Notes under the pieces: generated by a model
What the model saw: the letters and a program-made list of their open reading frames with translations, nothing else
What the model was told of the DNA's origin: nothing
Database searches by the model: none
Source of the DNA: a virus
Taxonomy: Duplodnaviria; Caudoviricetes
Direction: 5' to 3' (one strand)
DNA length: 27,817 nucleotides
IMG/VR virus record: IMGVR_UViG_3300037520_000413
Coordinates: 1 to 27,817 of that record
Program-made: the position numbers and the translations under genes
Part shown: piece after piece, positions 1 to 9,596 of the stretch
Layout of the letters: each line of letters opens with the position of its first letter
How positions within the stretch are numbered: the first letter of the stretch is position 1

Positions 1-471
1 GTTTGTACCGCCGTTGGCAATGCCCAAGGTGCCTGCAAGCGTCACAGCGCCCGTGGTGGCCGCTGCGGGGGTTAGGCCAGTAGTGCCGCCTGCAAACGAC
101 AGCACGCCCGTGTTGGCTATTGTGACGTTGCCAGTTGCACCAGACACTGATATGCCAGTGCCCGCGATGTTGGACAGCACGCCCGTGTTGGCAACGGTAA
201 TTGTTCCAGCCCCATTGGTGACTGAGATGCCAGCGCCAAAACCAAGTGTGTTAAGGGTATAGCCTGTGCCATTGCCAATTAGCAGTTGGCCGTTAGTGGG
301 GATAGTCCCTAGCCCCGTGCCACCATTAACAACTGGCGTGATGCCAAGCGCCCCGCCGGTAATGTTGTAAATGTTGTAAAACCAGCGATACCACTCACGC
401 GAAACCGCCCCCGTGCGCTCATCAGTAAGCGGCACGCGAGGCGGCGTGATTTGGGTATTAAGGTTAGGCAT
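1..471 (-). CDS. Tail needle/fibre-like virion protein following the gp10-like gene (3' end truncated by window edge)
   Basis: Read manually: ATG at 471 overlaps the gp10-like stop (ATGCCTAA) and the frame is open to base 1. Translation MPNLNTQITPPRVPLTDERTGAVSREWYRWFYN... is followed by Gly/Thr-rich fibre-like repeats (NGGTG, ANTGVLS twice). It occupies the position of P22 gp26. Confidence 0.7.
   Translation of the reverse strand, partial: MPNLNTQITPPRVPLTDERTGAVSREWYRWFYNIYNITGGALGITPVVNGGTGLGTIPTNGQLLIGNGTGYTLNTLGFGAGISVTNGAGTITVANTGVLSNIAGTGISVSGATGNVTIANTGVLSFAGGTTGLTPAAATTGAVTLAGTLGIANGGTN
98..192. repeat. 20-bp direct repeat GACAGCACGCCCGTGTTGGC at 98-117 and 173-192
   Basis: Exact copies 75 bp (25 codons) apart, encoding the ANTGVLS unit of the fibre ORF. 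Confidence 0.85.
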
Positions 472-2107
472 TGGTTGGGCTTATGATCAATTCCGCACCC
501 ACAATGGCAATTTTTACCGGATCAGTGCCTGAAAGTTCATAGACCCTATCGCGCAGCTTTAAGGTCATGCCCAGCCTACGCCAAAAAGTTCGGTGCCCAT
601 ACGCGCCAAGTTTTCCAATTGATGACCAGTGTTCGTTTGAATATGTGTGGCCGCCGTCATCTGACCAGCGCAACATGACCTCGGGGTTGTAGCCAGGTGC
701 CGCAGGATAAGAATTAGTCACCAAGTTGTAGCCGCTAATGTCTTCATCTGACAACTCGTACTGCCCAAGCGGCTCAAAACCATCGCCTGCCTCGGTGGTC
801 AGGGTGTCGCCTGCTTGCGTGGCTAAAAACGTCTGCACGTATTCGGCTACAAGGTCTAACCCCGCCTCAGTGTCAATATTTTCACTGTCATACGCAGGGT
901 ACAAATTCAAGCCAACGCCGGTTTCGCAGTCCAATTGCAAGCTGTGCTGCGCGGTGCGCTTAAGGTTGTTCTGGCCGGTAGGCAGCGCCCGCCATGACCG
1001 CAACCACTTTTGGATGCCGCCATTGTCAGCGTACACATCCAAGTCAAACGTGTAGATGTTGCCGTTTTGAAAATCGCCAACAATGATGTTGCCGCCAAAG
1101 TTGCACTGGCAATTGCTGCGGTGCCGCATAAACGCGCCGCTGTCAAGGCCAGCGCGTTCGTGCCAAGCTTGCGTGGCTACGTCATACACCCACGTGGCGT
1201 TGCCGCTTGGAAAAGTTAGCACATAAAAAGCGTGGCCTTCCTGCTGATAGGTGTAGGCGATGGCATCCGAAATGTTGCCGTACTGAGCAATGGCGTATTC
1301 TATTGCATGGGTAGAAATACGAACGCCAGTGTAGCCATTGGCGCGGTAGACAATACCCTGCCCACGGGCATCTGTGCCCAGCCAAAACAGACCGTTGTCC
1401 ATCTTGGCAATGGTGTACGCCGACACGCAGCCAATCTCGTTAAACGCGCCTTGAATGCGGGTCAAAGGAAAATCAGCCGCACCAGAGTTGTACCAAACTT
1501 CAACCGAATCAGTGCCGAACACCCACAGTTCGCGGTGGTCAGCAATAAGGCCCACCACTCCGTCTGGAGAGCCTTCAGCGCTTGCAAAGTCCAAAGGATC
1601 AACGGATGTGCCATCCAGCAGTTGCGACACCCAGATGAATTGGCTGTTGGGCTGGTTAAAAACAAAGTAGCCGTCAAGATACGCCACCGTCACCGCGCCT
1701 GGAAAGTCAGGGTCAGCGATCTGGGCAAATACGTTGGTGACTTCGTTGTAGATGTAGCTTGGCCCGTTGGCCGCAAGAAATATCTGCGTGCCGTTGTCTG
1801 CAATGGACACGGGGCCGGTGCCAGCCACGGTGCCTAGCAATGTGGGCGTTGCGTTCAGACCGGAAAGTTTATAAAACTGATTGCCAGAGACAACAAAAAA
1901 GTCGCTGCCGTTGGTCTGGTGCGCCCACAAAGCGCGGATCGGGCCGGTGCCTACAGTCTGAAGAAAGTTTAGGCCAGGGGCGCGGTTAAGAAACGCCGCC
2001 TCTTTGCCACCCTCGGGAATGACTTCTGGAAACAGATTGACCATGCGGTTATCCGCAGCATTGACGCTGCGGGCAACATAGGCTGATCCAAGAATCGGTG
2101 TTTTCAT
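464..2107 (-). CDS. Tail hub / packaged-DNA stabilization protein, P22 gp10-like
   Basis: 547 aa, beta-propeller-like, with motifs (AEGSPDG, WVFG..S.EVW, TWVYD....WHER, LRWSDDGG.T.S, WRRLG) typical of the gp10 family. It lies downstream of the gp4-like gene. Confidence 0.85.
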   Translation of the reverse strand: MKTPILGSAYVARSVNAADNRMVNLFPEVIPEGGKEAAFLNRAPGLNFLQTVGTGPIRALWAHQTNGSDFFVVSGNQFYKLSGLNATPTLLGTVAGTGPVSIADNGTQIFLAANGPSYIYNEVTNVFAQIADPDFPGAVTVAYLDGYFVFNQPNSQFIWVSQLLDGTSVDPLDFASAEGSPDGVVGLIADHRELWVFGTDSVEVWYNSGAADFPLTRIQGAFNEIGCVSAYTIAKMDNGLFWLGTDARGQGIVYRANGYTGVRISTHAIEYAIAQYGNISDAIAYTYQQEGHAFYVLTFPSGNATWVYDVATQAWHERAGLDSGAFMRHRSNCQCNFGGNIIVGDFQNGNIYTFDLDVYADNGGIQKWLRSWRALPTGQNNLKRTAQHSLQLDCETGVGLNLYPAYDSENIDTEAGLDLVAEYVQTFLATQAGDTLTTEAGDGFEPLGQYELSDEDISGYNLVTNSYPAAPGYNPEVMLRWSDDGGHTYSNEHWSSIGKLGAYGHRTFWRRLGMTLKLRDRVYELSGTDPVKIAIVGAELIISPTNA

Positions 2108-2152
2108 GTTAGACGTGGATTGGAATACCGCTTTGTTGCTATTACATCAGTT

Positions 2153-2305
2153 CTACCAACCCATTGCTGTAATGTCTAACAGTCTGTCTGGATAATCAGC
2201 AATATATTGATCTTTTGTTAATTCGTCATATTCTTTTTTTGTGCCATCTTCAAATGTCACAATTAATTTTTGTTCGGCAAAGTTTAGTGTGTATGAATCA
2301 ATCAT
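2153..2305 (-). CDS. Small hypothetical protein (50 aa), possible partner or chaperone of the upstream fibre
   Basis: Read manually: MIDSYTLNFAEQKLIVTFEDGTKKEYDELTKDQYIADYPDRLLDITAMGW. The ATG directly abuts the upstream TAA and the ORF is AT-rich. Confidence 0.65.
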   Translation of the reverse strand: MIDSYTLNFAEQKLIVTFEDGTKKEYDELTKDQYIADYPDRLLDITAMGW

Positions 2306-3022
2306 TTAGATCACCTGATATGTGAATGAAAAGTTGTAAGCCAAGGAAGTGTCAACACTAGGCCGCAATCGAACTTCGACACCATTGTTTGCGGTGTCTG
2401 CCACACACACAAGGCTGTTGGCTGCAAAAGGTGTTGTAGCGGATGCGCCGACACCACCTAATTGTCTTGTCGATGAAAAAACAGTAGCCACAGGAAGGCT
2501 CATTCTTACAATGGTGTCGGTTGTTGCTGTTGTTGCATCAATAACAAGTTGACCACTAACAGTCACCGTGTTGCCAACTTGCAAATGTTGACAAGCCGAA
2601 AACGTCACCGAGTCCACGTTTGTGTTTGTGCTAAGTTGAGTAGGTGTGTAAGTGTTGCTAAACACGTTACCGCTAGTGCCAGAAACTGTTAAGTCAGAAA
2701 TGGTCGGGGCTGTTGCAAATACAGCAGAGCCTGTGCCAGTTTCGTCAGTCAAGGCGGTTCGCAAATTAGCGCTGCTTGGCGTTGCCAAGAAAGTAGCCAC
2801 ACCAGTGCCTAAGTTGCTTATGCCAGTCGCCACAGGCAAGCCAGTGCAGTTTGTCAATGTTCCAGAAGTCGGCGTGCCAAGCGCAGGAGTTACCAGTGTT
2901 GAATTGGTGAACAGCAGCGCATTAGTGACTTGTTTTGTTGTGCCCCCCTGCACGATTGGCAAAACGTCTGTTGTAGCCGCAGCCGTAGCTACAGGAAGGG
3001 CTGAAATTGCAATGGTGGCCAT
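2306..3022 (-). CDS. Short tail fibre-like protein (238 aa)
   Basis: Start reassigned to MATIAISALP (AGGA upstream, right after the gp4-like stop). It has a Thr/Gly-rich shaft (LTDETGTGSAVFAT), a C-terminal beta-rich knob ending FSFTYQVI, and an N-terminus shared with 8640-9584. Confidence 0.7.
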   Translation of the reverse strand: MATIAISALPVATAAATTDVLPIVQGGTTKQVTNALLFTNSTLVTPALGTPTSGTLTNCTGLPVATGISNLGTGVATFLATPSSANLRTALTDETGTGSAVFATAPTISDLTVSGTSGNVFSNTYTPTQLSTNTNVDSVTFSACQHLQVGNTVTVSGQLVIDATTATTDTIVRMSLPVATVFSSTRQLGGVGASATTPFAANSLVCVADTANNGVEVRLRPSVDTSLAYNFSFTYQVI

Positions 3023-3023
3023 A

Positions 3024-3740
3024 TTAGTAGTTTCCTGCGTAAATGTTAAAGCGTTGACGAGTGGCGACAATAGCGTAAGGCATAGACATCACATCATCTG
3101 GGTTGTTGATGCGTTTCAGGTTGCGTTTGCTAGTCATAGCAATGCGCTGCACTTGGGGGCTTGGCTCAACGCCAAACTCGGGCGCTATCTCCATTGCCAG
3201 ATTGTAGGTAAACGCCCGCAAGTAGCCTGGCGGGAAGAACAAGTCAGTCGCCAAGGTGGCGGGGTTGCTCAGTTCTTGAACCGAAATAAAGTGCCACTCC
3301 AAGTCCCGTGTGGGGCGCGGGTAGATGGACATCGTAACGTCAGGAAACCCCATGTTCACAAAAATTACTTGGGGGTAGGTGCTGGTTACGGTCTTGACCG
3401 CAATGCCGTTGTACTGCTGTTGGTTGATGAACTTGATGCCAAATGACACGTTCGTGCCGGGGTCACGGAAGTAAGTCGCCTCATCCAACAGCACGGGCCG
3501 CAGGCCAATAAAATTGCCAGTAGGGCCGAGCGTGCGGATGTACTCGCCAGCAGGCCATGTAAAGACTTGATCTTGTGTGCAAAAGACAGACAGACGCTCT
3601 GTATTCCACGAGTCAATCATCTGGTTCATCGCCATCAGGCTGTCTTGCGACACTGACGCAGAGGTTGTTTCACCTTCGGCCAACACGCCAAGCAAACGAA
3701 GTGCCCGATTGATTTGATCGCCAGCAGTGTAAACGGCCAT
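3024..3740 (-). CDS. Head-tail adaptor, P22 gp4-like
   Basis: N-terminal TAGDQINRALRLLGV...MNQMIDSW and C-terminal YNLAMEIAPEFG resemble gp4-type adaptors. It lies between the coat block and the gp10-like gene. Confidence 0.75.
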   Translation of the reverse strand: MAVYTAGDQINRALRLLGVLAEGETTSASVSQDSLMAMNQMIDSWNTERLSVFCTQDQVFTWPAGEYIRTLGPTGNFIGLRPVLLDEATYFRDPGTNVSFGIKFINQQQYNGIAVKTVTSTYPQVIFVNMGFPDVTMSIYPRPTRDLEWHFISVQELSNPATLATDLFFPPGYLRAFTYNLAMEIAPEFGVEPSPQVQRIAMTSKRNLKRINNPDDVMSMPYAIVATRQRFNIYAGNY

Positions 3741-3741
3741 C

Positions 3742-3933
3742 TCAGACTCCTTCGGCTACAGCCTTACGTGTGTATTTGCGCTTAACTTCTAGCGCGTTCA
3801 CCACTACTTCAGGTTCTGATGTAGGTGCTTCTGGATTGTAGCGCGTCCAGCCGTGTGTTTCATCATAAACGGCCTCAAGTTCCATAGTGGCAACTTTACG
3901 ACCGTGGACGGGGTGAGAAAGATAAATGTTCAT
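3742..3933 (-). CDS. Hypothetical protein (63 aa)
   Basis: Tightly packed in the operon, with a basic C-terminus (KRKYTRK). Confidence 0.6.
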   Translation of the reverse strand: MNIYLSHPVHGRKVATMELEAVYDETHGWTRYNPEAPTSEPEVVVNALEVKRKYTRKAVAEGV

Positions 3934-3958
3934 AAGAAAACGGGGGCCGAAGCCCCCG
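3934..3958 (-). terminator. Rho-independent terminator with cUUCGg loop
   Basis: Minus strand reads CGGGGGC-TTCG-GCCCCCG-TTTTCTT. Confidence 0.8.
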
Positions 3959-3962
3959 CTTT

Positions 3963-4289
3963 TTAGTTAGATGCAATTAAACCGACAGTTTCAAGGCGTG
4001 CTTCAACTTGAGCAAGACGGGCTTGCAAGTTGGCAATCACAGCCAAAACAGTGTTACCTTCGTCTTTGGTTACAAATCCGAAAGGGGTAGTCTGCGTCAG
4101 GTCTTGAATTGCAAAATCAGCCGTGCTTGGCGCAGTGCTGGTAATTGAGGTCAACTGAGTAGTCAAGGCAGCACCTTGAACCACAGGGGTTGTACCGTAA
4201 AAACCAGCAGTGCCGCCAGCTTTGCCCATGATTGCGCCGTCTAGTTGTGCGTCTTCAAACGCAACGCCTACAGCTTTTGTATTTGGCAT
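3963..4289 (-). CDS. Putative head fibre/decoration protein (108 aa)
   Basis: Located downstream of the coat gene. It has a GFYGTTP motif and a C-terminal coiled coil ending LETVGLIASN. The N-terminus is shared with 13248-13652. Confidence 0.6.
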   Translation of the reverse strand: MPNTKAVGVAFEDAQLDGAIMGKAGGTAGFYGTTPVVQGAALTTQLTSITSTAPSTADFAIQDLTQTTPFGFVTKDEGNTVLAVIANLQARLAQVEARLETVGLIASN

Positions 4290-4307
4290 GATTTTTCCCT
4301 TTAGGAA

Positions 4308-4327
4308 GACGGGGCCGAAGCCCCATC
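4308..4327 (-). terminator. cUUCGg hairpin, weak terminator or mRNA stabiliser
   Basis: Minus strand reads GATGGGGC-TTCG-GCCCCGTC, followed by only TTCC (poor U-tract). Confidence 0.6.
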
Positions 4328-4331
4328 AGAT

Positions 4332-4760
4332 TTAGGCAACGCGATAGATTGAATACGCTGCGTCACCTGTTTTGCGGAAACGGAACGTGCCAGATGTGTT
4401 GCTGGTTTTAGTCAGCGAATCCTGGATCGTGTCGTTACCAACAAGGGTGTTGCCCGTGCCAGCGGTGAAAACTACGTCATTTGCTGCATTGTCACCAATG
4501 TTGATGAACGAGCAGTCAAATGTCGAGCCAACTTTAAGGCTAGAAAACGCCGCATCAAGCAATGCGCCTGTTGGGAACACATAGGCGCCAGCATCTGTGC
4601 CGCCCGAGTCCATAGTACACACACCAGCAGCCAAGTTGTCTGCGGTGATAGTGACAGACGCGCCAGCCAATGCAACGGGTGCGCTAGTGTTAGAAAAACT
4701 GATTTCGCCAAGATTGCCGTCACCAACTTGGTAACCGCTTGCGCCGTTTGGAAGTGCCAT
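4332..4760 (-). CDS. Putative capsid decoration/cement protein (142 aa)
   Basis: Start reassigned to MALPNG (GAAGGA RBS). It is beta-rich, sits immediately after the coat gene and ends YSIYRVA. Confidence 0.6.
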   Translation of the reverse strand: MALPNGASGYQVGDGNLGEISFSNTSAPVALAGASVTITADNLAAGVCTMDSGGTDAGAYVFPTGALLDAAFSSLKVGSTFDCSFINIGDNAANDVVFTAGTGNTLVGNDTIQDSLTKTSNTSGTFRFRKTGDAAYSIYRVA

Positions 4761-4783
4761 GATAATTTCCTTCAAAAAGATTT

Positions 4784-4806
4784 AAAAAACGCCCCCGAAG
4801 GGGCAT
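4784..4806 (-). terminator. Terminator after the coat gene, cUUCGg loop
   Basis: Minus strand reads ATGCCCC-TTCG-GGGGCG-TTTTTT. Confidence 0.8.
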
Positions 4807-4811
4807 TAGGT

Positions 4812-6023
4812 TTAGCCCCAGATGCGGCAAGCCATTTGTGGACGGATGGTACTGAAACCATACAGAACGTCAATACGGCAAGGCATACGGTCGTTGTTGA
4901 TGTCGTACTGACGAACAACGCGCAGGCTGATACCGTTGTGAACGGCACGAGCAGCCATGTCAACGCCTTGTGGCAGCAACAGGTCAGCAGTGGCGAACGT
5001 GATGGCATCCTTGTGGTAGACCAAGTTCTGAGCGTACTGAGTAGAAGCAGTGCCCACGAAGGTCACAGTTCCACCAGTTGCAGGCAGCACATCAACAGTA
5101 GCCAGAGCGTGGTTGGCCGAGTACATCGGGGCAACAGTCACAGTCCAAGTACCAGACGAAGCGGTGGCATCAGCCAGAGCAACGAACTGGAACAGCGAAC
5201 CAGTGGACTCACGGGTCTGTGGGTTGACAGCATTGCAAGCACTGACCGTGAACACGTCACCAGCTTTGATGGTGGTAGACACAGAGCCTTGTTCCAACAG
5301 AATGGTAGAAGCGCCTTCGGCAGTAACGCCTGGGGTCTTAACCAGTGTAGAAGCGGTTGCGCTACGTGAACCAGTGGTGTGCTGCTTGATCGACTGAGAC
5401 ATGTTGATCTCGTCAAAGCCCAACACGCCAGTGCCCATCATGCCGTTTTTGAACTGCTTGGAGATAGTGTCGGTCGGATTGAACAGACCTTTCATACCTT
5501 CAACCAGACCGGCGTTGGCCGCTGGGTTAACAGTAGCGTAACGTGGCGACATCACAGCAGCGTTTTCGTTCAGCTTCTGTTGGGCTTGGAGCAGCACCAG
5601 CGAAGTCGAAGGAGTTGTGCCAGGCGTGCCAACGGTGTTACCGATGGTTTTGTACGCATTGGCAACGTCAGCATCAATGCTGGAGGCCAACTGGCTGATA
5701 CGCGGCTTGAGAACACGCTCTGCGAAGTCGTCCAATTGCATGGTCAATTCAGCAGATGTGAAGTTGACACCAATGTGCTTTTGGGTAGAAACAGCCAGAG
5801 TGGTGAACTGCTCGTTGTCGTCCTGAACTTGCAGGGCGGCGCCGTCAGTAACCAGAGCGCGGTCAGGCAGACGGATACGCAGTGTGGAGCCAATTTTAGC
5901 GCCTTCAACAGCAAAGCTGTCGTCGTACTGGCGATTGACGTTACGGGTGAGCACCAGGTTGTTCTCAAGAATTTCGAGAGCTTTCCGAGTGATCATGTCG
6001 ATGGTAAGAATCGAGTTTGACAT
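4812..6023 (-). CDS. Major capsid protein, P22 coat (gp5) family
   Basis: 403 aa. It starts MSNSILTIDMITRKALEILENNL, contains AKIGSTLRIRLP and ends RIDVLYG..IRPQMACRIWG. It follows the scaffold gene. Confidence 0.92.
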   Translation of the reverse strand: MSNSILTIDMITRKALEILENNLVLTRNVNRQYDDSFAVEGAKIGSTLRIRLPDRALVTDGAALQVQDDNEQFTTLAVSTQKHIGVNFTSAELTMQLDDFAERVLKPRISQLASSIDADVANAYKTIGNTVGTPGTTPSTSLVLLQAQQKLNENAAVMSPRYATVNPAANAGLVEGMKGLFNPTDTISKQFKNGMMGTGVLGFDEINMSQSIKQHTTGSRSATASTLVKTPGVTAEGASTILLEQGSVSTTIKAGDVFTVSACNAVNPQTRESTGSLFQFVALADATASSGTWTVTVAPMYSANHALATVDVLPATGGTVTFVGTASTQYAQNLVYHKDAITFATADLLLPQGVDMAARAVHNGISLRVVRQYDINNDRMPCRIDVLYGFSTIRPQMACRIWG

Positions 6024-6044
6024 TTGTAAATTTCCTAAAAAAAG

Positions 6045-6815
6045 TTAGCGGATACGTTGTGCTTCCCACTTCTTCATCTGGCGTGCCCTATCAGCTTCAA
6101 TCCACTGCGAGGCCGTCATGCTCTTAATGGAGCGTGGGTCTGTAGTGTCAAGTGCTGGCGAGCCAGAGGCTCGGGCAGTAACAGGCGAAATCGGCGTTGG
6201 CGCTGACGTTGTTCGTTTGACCGGGGGTTCTGCGGCCAATTTGGCCTCAATCTTCCCAATCTCTTTTGCCTGACCGAGTGGCGTCATACGTGCGATGCGT
6301 TCCGCGTCTTTGGGGTTAGAGCCGAGATAGTAAGCTAACTCAGGCCCAATGTCCGAAGACTGGATCGTTTCAGCCATCACGTTCGTGATCGGCAGTTTTG
6401 GGTTGTAGGCGACTTGTTCAAAGTCATCGTACTTGTCCCGCGCTGCTTCTTCGCGTTCCTGATAACTTTCGAGAATAGCAGAGTGCTGCTTGGCAGCTTC
6501 ACGCTTTGCAATCAGTTCTTCAGCCTTTTGTAGCGCCAACGCTTCCGTGTACGCTTCGGTAGACTCAAACTGATCAGCGGATGCTGTTGGTGCGGCCCTC
6601 AACGTCTGTTGTTCAGACTGACGCTGTGCTTGATCTCGTTCCCACTTACGTTGCTCTCTTGCAAGGCGTTTGCCAATTGCTGCATCAAGTTCCTCTTGCG
6701 AGAATGTCTTGGCTACTGCTTCTGGCGTTTCCGGCGTTTGAACATCAGTCGCAGGCGCAGCCGTTGCTTCCTGTTCTGGCACGGGTAGTGACTCCGCTGG
6801 TACTTCTTCTAACAT
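6045..6815 (-). CDS. Capsid scaffolding protein
   Basis: Acidic N-terminus, coiled coil (FSQEELDAAIGKRLARE), GPELAYYLG motif and Pro-rich tail. It lies directly before the coat gene. Confidence 0.85.
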   Translation of the reverse strand: MLEEVPAESLPVPEQEATAAPATDVQTPETPEAVAKTFSQEELDAAIGKRLAREQRKWERDQAQRQSEQQTLRAAPTASADQFESTEAYTEALALQKAEELIAKREAAKQHSAILESYQEREEAARDKYDDFEQVAYNPKLPITNVMAETIQSSDIGPELAYYLGSNPKDAERIARMTPLGQAKEIGKIEAKLAAEPPVKRTTSAPTPISPVTARASGSPALDTTDPRSIKSMTASQWIEADRARQMKKWEAQRIR

Positions 6816-6867
6816 TTATGAATCCTTGGATTCCTCGGTCAACCTGGCCGATACGGTTTTGTCAGCA

Positions 6868-7221
6868 TTATGCTGGAATTTTGGCCCACGGTAAAGCAGG
6901 CTCAATTTTTTCTTGCGCTAATTGGCGTTCAATTTGCCCCGCTACTTGCGCTTCACCTTCATCTTTTAGGTGCTTGGTAATGGTTTGTTCTGCGCCATTT
7001 GTCCCCACCAAAGTAATAGTTTCGGGCGCAAAACACCACGCTAAAACTTGCTGTTCAGTTAAGAATTCGTATGGCACAAAACTATCCCCACGGGTAAATG
7101 TGCGGGAATAAGCGGCAGATGCAGATTTATCGCCATCAGTACCCGTAACCGTCAATTCAGCCTTAACAATAAGATTGTCTTCGGCCACTTGAACTTTATC
7201 AATGACCCAGTTGTATTCCAT
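6868..7221 (-). CDS. Hypothetical protein, possible tail-fibre assembly chaperone (117 aa)
   Basis: Follows the tailspike. The FVPYEFLTEQQVLAW...LPW pattern resembles small fibre-associated phage proteins. Confidence 0.55.
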   Translation of the reverse strand: MEYNWVIDKVQVAEDNLIVKAELTVTGTDGDKSASAAYSRTFTRGDSFVPYEFLTEQQVLAWCFAPETITLVGTNGAEQTITKHLKDEGEAQVAGQIERQLAQEKIEPALPWAKIPA

Positions 7222-7236
7222 GATGTTTCCTTTGAC

Positions 7237-8625
7237 TTAAACAAGCGTAGGCGAAGCAACGGCTCTAAAAACAGCAGACGCTAAAGTTTTAGATGATCCG
7301 GTGTTATTTGTTACAACAACAGTAACATTGTTTGCGGCGTTTACATAGCCTGATATTGTCATCCCTTGCAAATCAACGCTGCAAGACGCAGTTACTGTAT
7401 TTCCGAGCACTGCATTTGGCACTGTGATTGACGCGGTATTAGAAGCGCCATTTGTAATAGTTCCTAGTGTTGCAGTAGCAGTAGAAGCATAAAATGGCCC
7501 AATATAACTATTGGCGTTAGTTGATGAATTTAATACTTGACCTAACTTATTTCCGTCTAAATTATTTACGCCCATATAGGCGTTAGAAATACTTGCCCCA
7601 ACTACTATTCCATATTGTTGAGTGCCCGAAGCACCCGCATTATCAAAGCAACGATTTCCTACCAATACAGAATTATTGGCGTTATAAGTAGCAGTTGAAT
7701 AGGCAAGTGTAATCCCGCCAGATGGCGTTTCTGTGGTGTAGGTATTGTTGTCATATATAATATTGCCTTCAAGTATAGAATTTTGCCCACCAATAAATAT
7801 GCCTGGCCCACTAGCGCCGTGGATAATATTGTTGCAAATTCGGTTGGAACTACCCCAACACTCAATACCTTTTACAGAAAAACCATCACTGTCCACACCT
7901 GTGTAGTTTCCAAAAATATGATTTCCAGATAATATATTAAACGCAGTAGATGCTGTTTGTGCTATACCAATGCCTGCGCCGTATCTCCAGTTAGAAATTG
8001 TATTGTTATCTATAAATAAATACCCGCCTTGCAATATTGTCCCCGAATTTACAAGCACATTGTTTTGAATCCACCCATACTGATTAGTTTGTGAACCTGT
8101 TTCAGTTGTTAAAATACATTCGTTAACACCTTGGGCATCAGGTGTTGTGCGTTCAATGTAACAATCTTGAACCCAAAAATAACGGCAGGAATTAAAACCA
8201 ATTCCAAGTTTGTTAAATTTGACCACTTTGCAATTTCGTATCGCCACAAAATTACTGTTTAAAAAACCAAATGCAGAAGTGGCTGAAACTGAAGATATAT
8301 CTGCAAAGTCAATTTGCAAATCTTGCACTGTTACATTGTTTGTTGAAGTGCCTGATACAAAACTTCCCACATTTGTTCCGTTTGAACAAATGATTGTGTT
8401 GTTTTGTCCGGCGCCAACAAGTGTAAGGTTGGCAACCAATGATAGCGTTGAACAAAGATAAACACCGGCGGGCAAATACAATACGCCGCCCGTGCTGGCA
8501 TTTATTGCGGCCTGTAAAGCGGACGTGTCGTTGGTTGCGCCGTCACCAACAACCCCAAAGTCCAAAGCATTGTTAAATTGCTTTCCTTGCTGGATCATTG
8601 AAAATGAAGTTTTTGTGAGCGCCAT
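7237..8625 (-). CDS. Tailspike / right-handed beta-helix polysaccharide depolymerase
   Basis: NALDFGVVGDGATNDTSALQAAINA...LYLPAGVY pectate-lyase-superfamily start and Asn/Gly-rich beta-helix repeats. The N-terminus is very short (MALTKTSFSMI). Confidence 0.85.
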   Translation of the reverse strand: MALTKTSFSMIQQGKQFNNALDFGVVGDGATNDTSALQAAINASTGGVLYLPAGVYLCSTLSLVANLTLVGAGQNNTIICSNGTNVGSFVSGTSTNNVTVQDLQIDFADISSVSATSAFGFLNSNFVAIRNCKVVKFNKLGIGFNSCRYFWVQDCYIERTTPDAQGVNECILTTETGSQTNQYGWIQNNVLVNSGTILQGGYLFIDNNTISNWRYGAGIGIAQTASTAFNILSGNHIFGNYTGVDSDGFSVKGIECWGSSNRICNNIIHGASGPGIFIGGQNSILEGNIIYDNNTYTTETPSGGITLAYSTATYNANNSVLVGNRCFDNAGASGTQQYGIVVGASISNAYMGVNNLDGNKLGQVLNSSTNANSYIGPFYASTATATLGTITNGASNTASITVPNAVLGNTVTASCSVDLQGMTISGYVNAANNVTVVVTNNTGSSKTLASAVFRAVASPTLV

Positions 8626-8639
8626 GATTTTCCTTTAGG

Positions 8640-9584
8640 CTAACGTGATTCAAGAGCATTAATGCGCTCGGTTAGGGATTCAATAGTTACAAGTGCTTTT
8701 TGTAAAGATATGACAACCACCGCTAAAACCGAACGGTCATAATAACCCCACGGTTTTGTTGTGGAAATTTCTGCGCCATCGTTTGTTGTTTCAATTGTTG
8801 TTTCGGGAACAGGTGCGGCTTCAGGGCCGATGGCAGCATTTACGTTTTGTGCGTAAAAACCCAATTGCCTTTCAGCCCCAAAAATTTGTTTTTTCTCATC
8901 GTTGTAGTACCAGTATCCTGGCTTTAATTTCATAAGCATGGAATCGGCGTCAACGGGGACGCCATCTTTAATTTTCCACGTTTCATCAGAAACAGACGAA
9001 ATTACACCCGCCGCCGAAAATGTTGCCGCACCAGCACCATAAGCACTCATGGTAACAATGCCAGTAGAGGATATGCGCTGGCGCTCTGTAACAGTGCCGC
9101 CAGATGTAGATGTAGAGAATGTCAGATAGCCAGAAAAATTTGACGCTGTTGCGTTATCTTTTAACCCTGCTATTGCACAGAATCCATAAGGGTCAAATCC
9201 TACTGCGCCGCTTACGCCGCCAAAAGATATTCTTCCACCCTTGTCTGCGCTTATAGCATCTGTCGAAAATATATTTAATTGACTACTGCCAGAAGTTAAT
9301 CCAGGCGTCCCCCCAGAAATTGTTTGGTCGCCCGTAAACGATTGCGCCGCGTCCGTTCTGGCGGCTGTAAAGTTTGCATCCGGCACTGTCACAGTTCTTG
9401 TAGTGCCTGTTGTTGGCCCAGACACTTGCAAAATGCCTGTTGTTGCCGCAGCGCGTAAATTACGAACAGTTAAATCATCAGTTGCTACTTTAACAGTTGC
9501 GCCTGATTGAACAATCGGCAAAACTTCTGTCCCAGCTAGAGGTGTAGTTGCGCCAGTTAGCGCGGAGATTTTTTTGTCTGCCAT
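8640..9584 (-). CDS. Fibre protein with C-terminal intramolecular chaperone (peptidase S74-like)
   Basis: SDETWK...LKP..W.Y...LGFYAQNV...YYD followed by a terminal coiled coil (IESLTERINALE) matches the S74 auto-cleaving chaperone pattern. Confidence 0.8.
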   Translation of the reverse strand: MADKKISALTGATTPLAGTEVLPIVQSGATVKVATDDLTVRNLRAAATTGILQVSGPTTGTTRTVTVPDANFTAARTDAAQSFTGDQTISGGTPGLTSGSSQLNIFSTDAISADKGGRISFGGVSGAVGFDPYGFCAIAGLKDNATASNFSGYLTFSTSTSGGTVTERQRISSTGIVTMSAYGAGAATFSAAGVISSVSDETWKIKDGVPVDADSMLMKLKPGYWYYNDEKKQIFGAERQLGFYAQNVNAAIGPEAAPVPETTIETTNDGAEISTTKPWGYYDRSVLAVVVISLQKALVTIESLTERINALESR

Positions 9585-9596
9585 AATTTACCTCGA

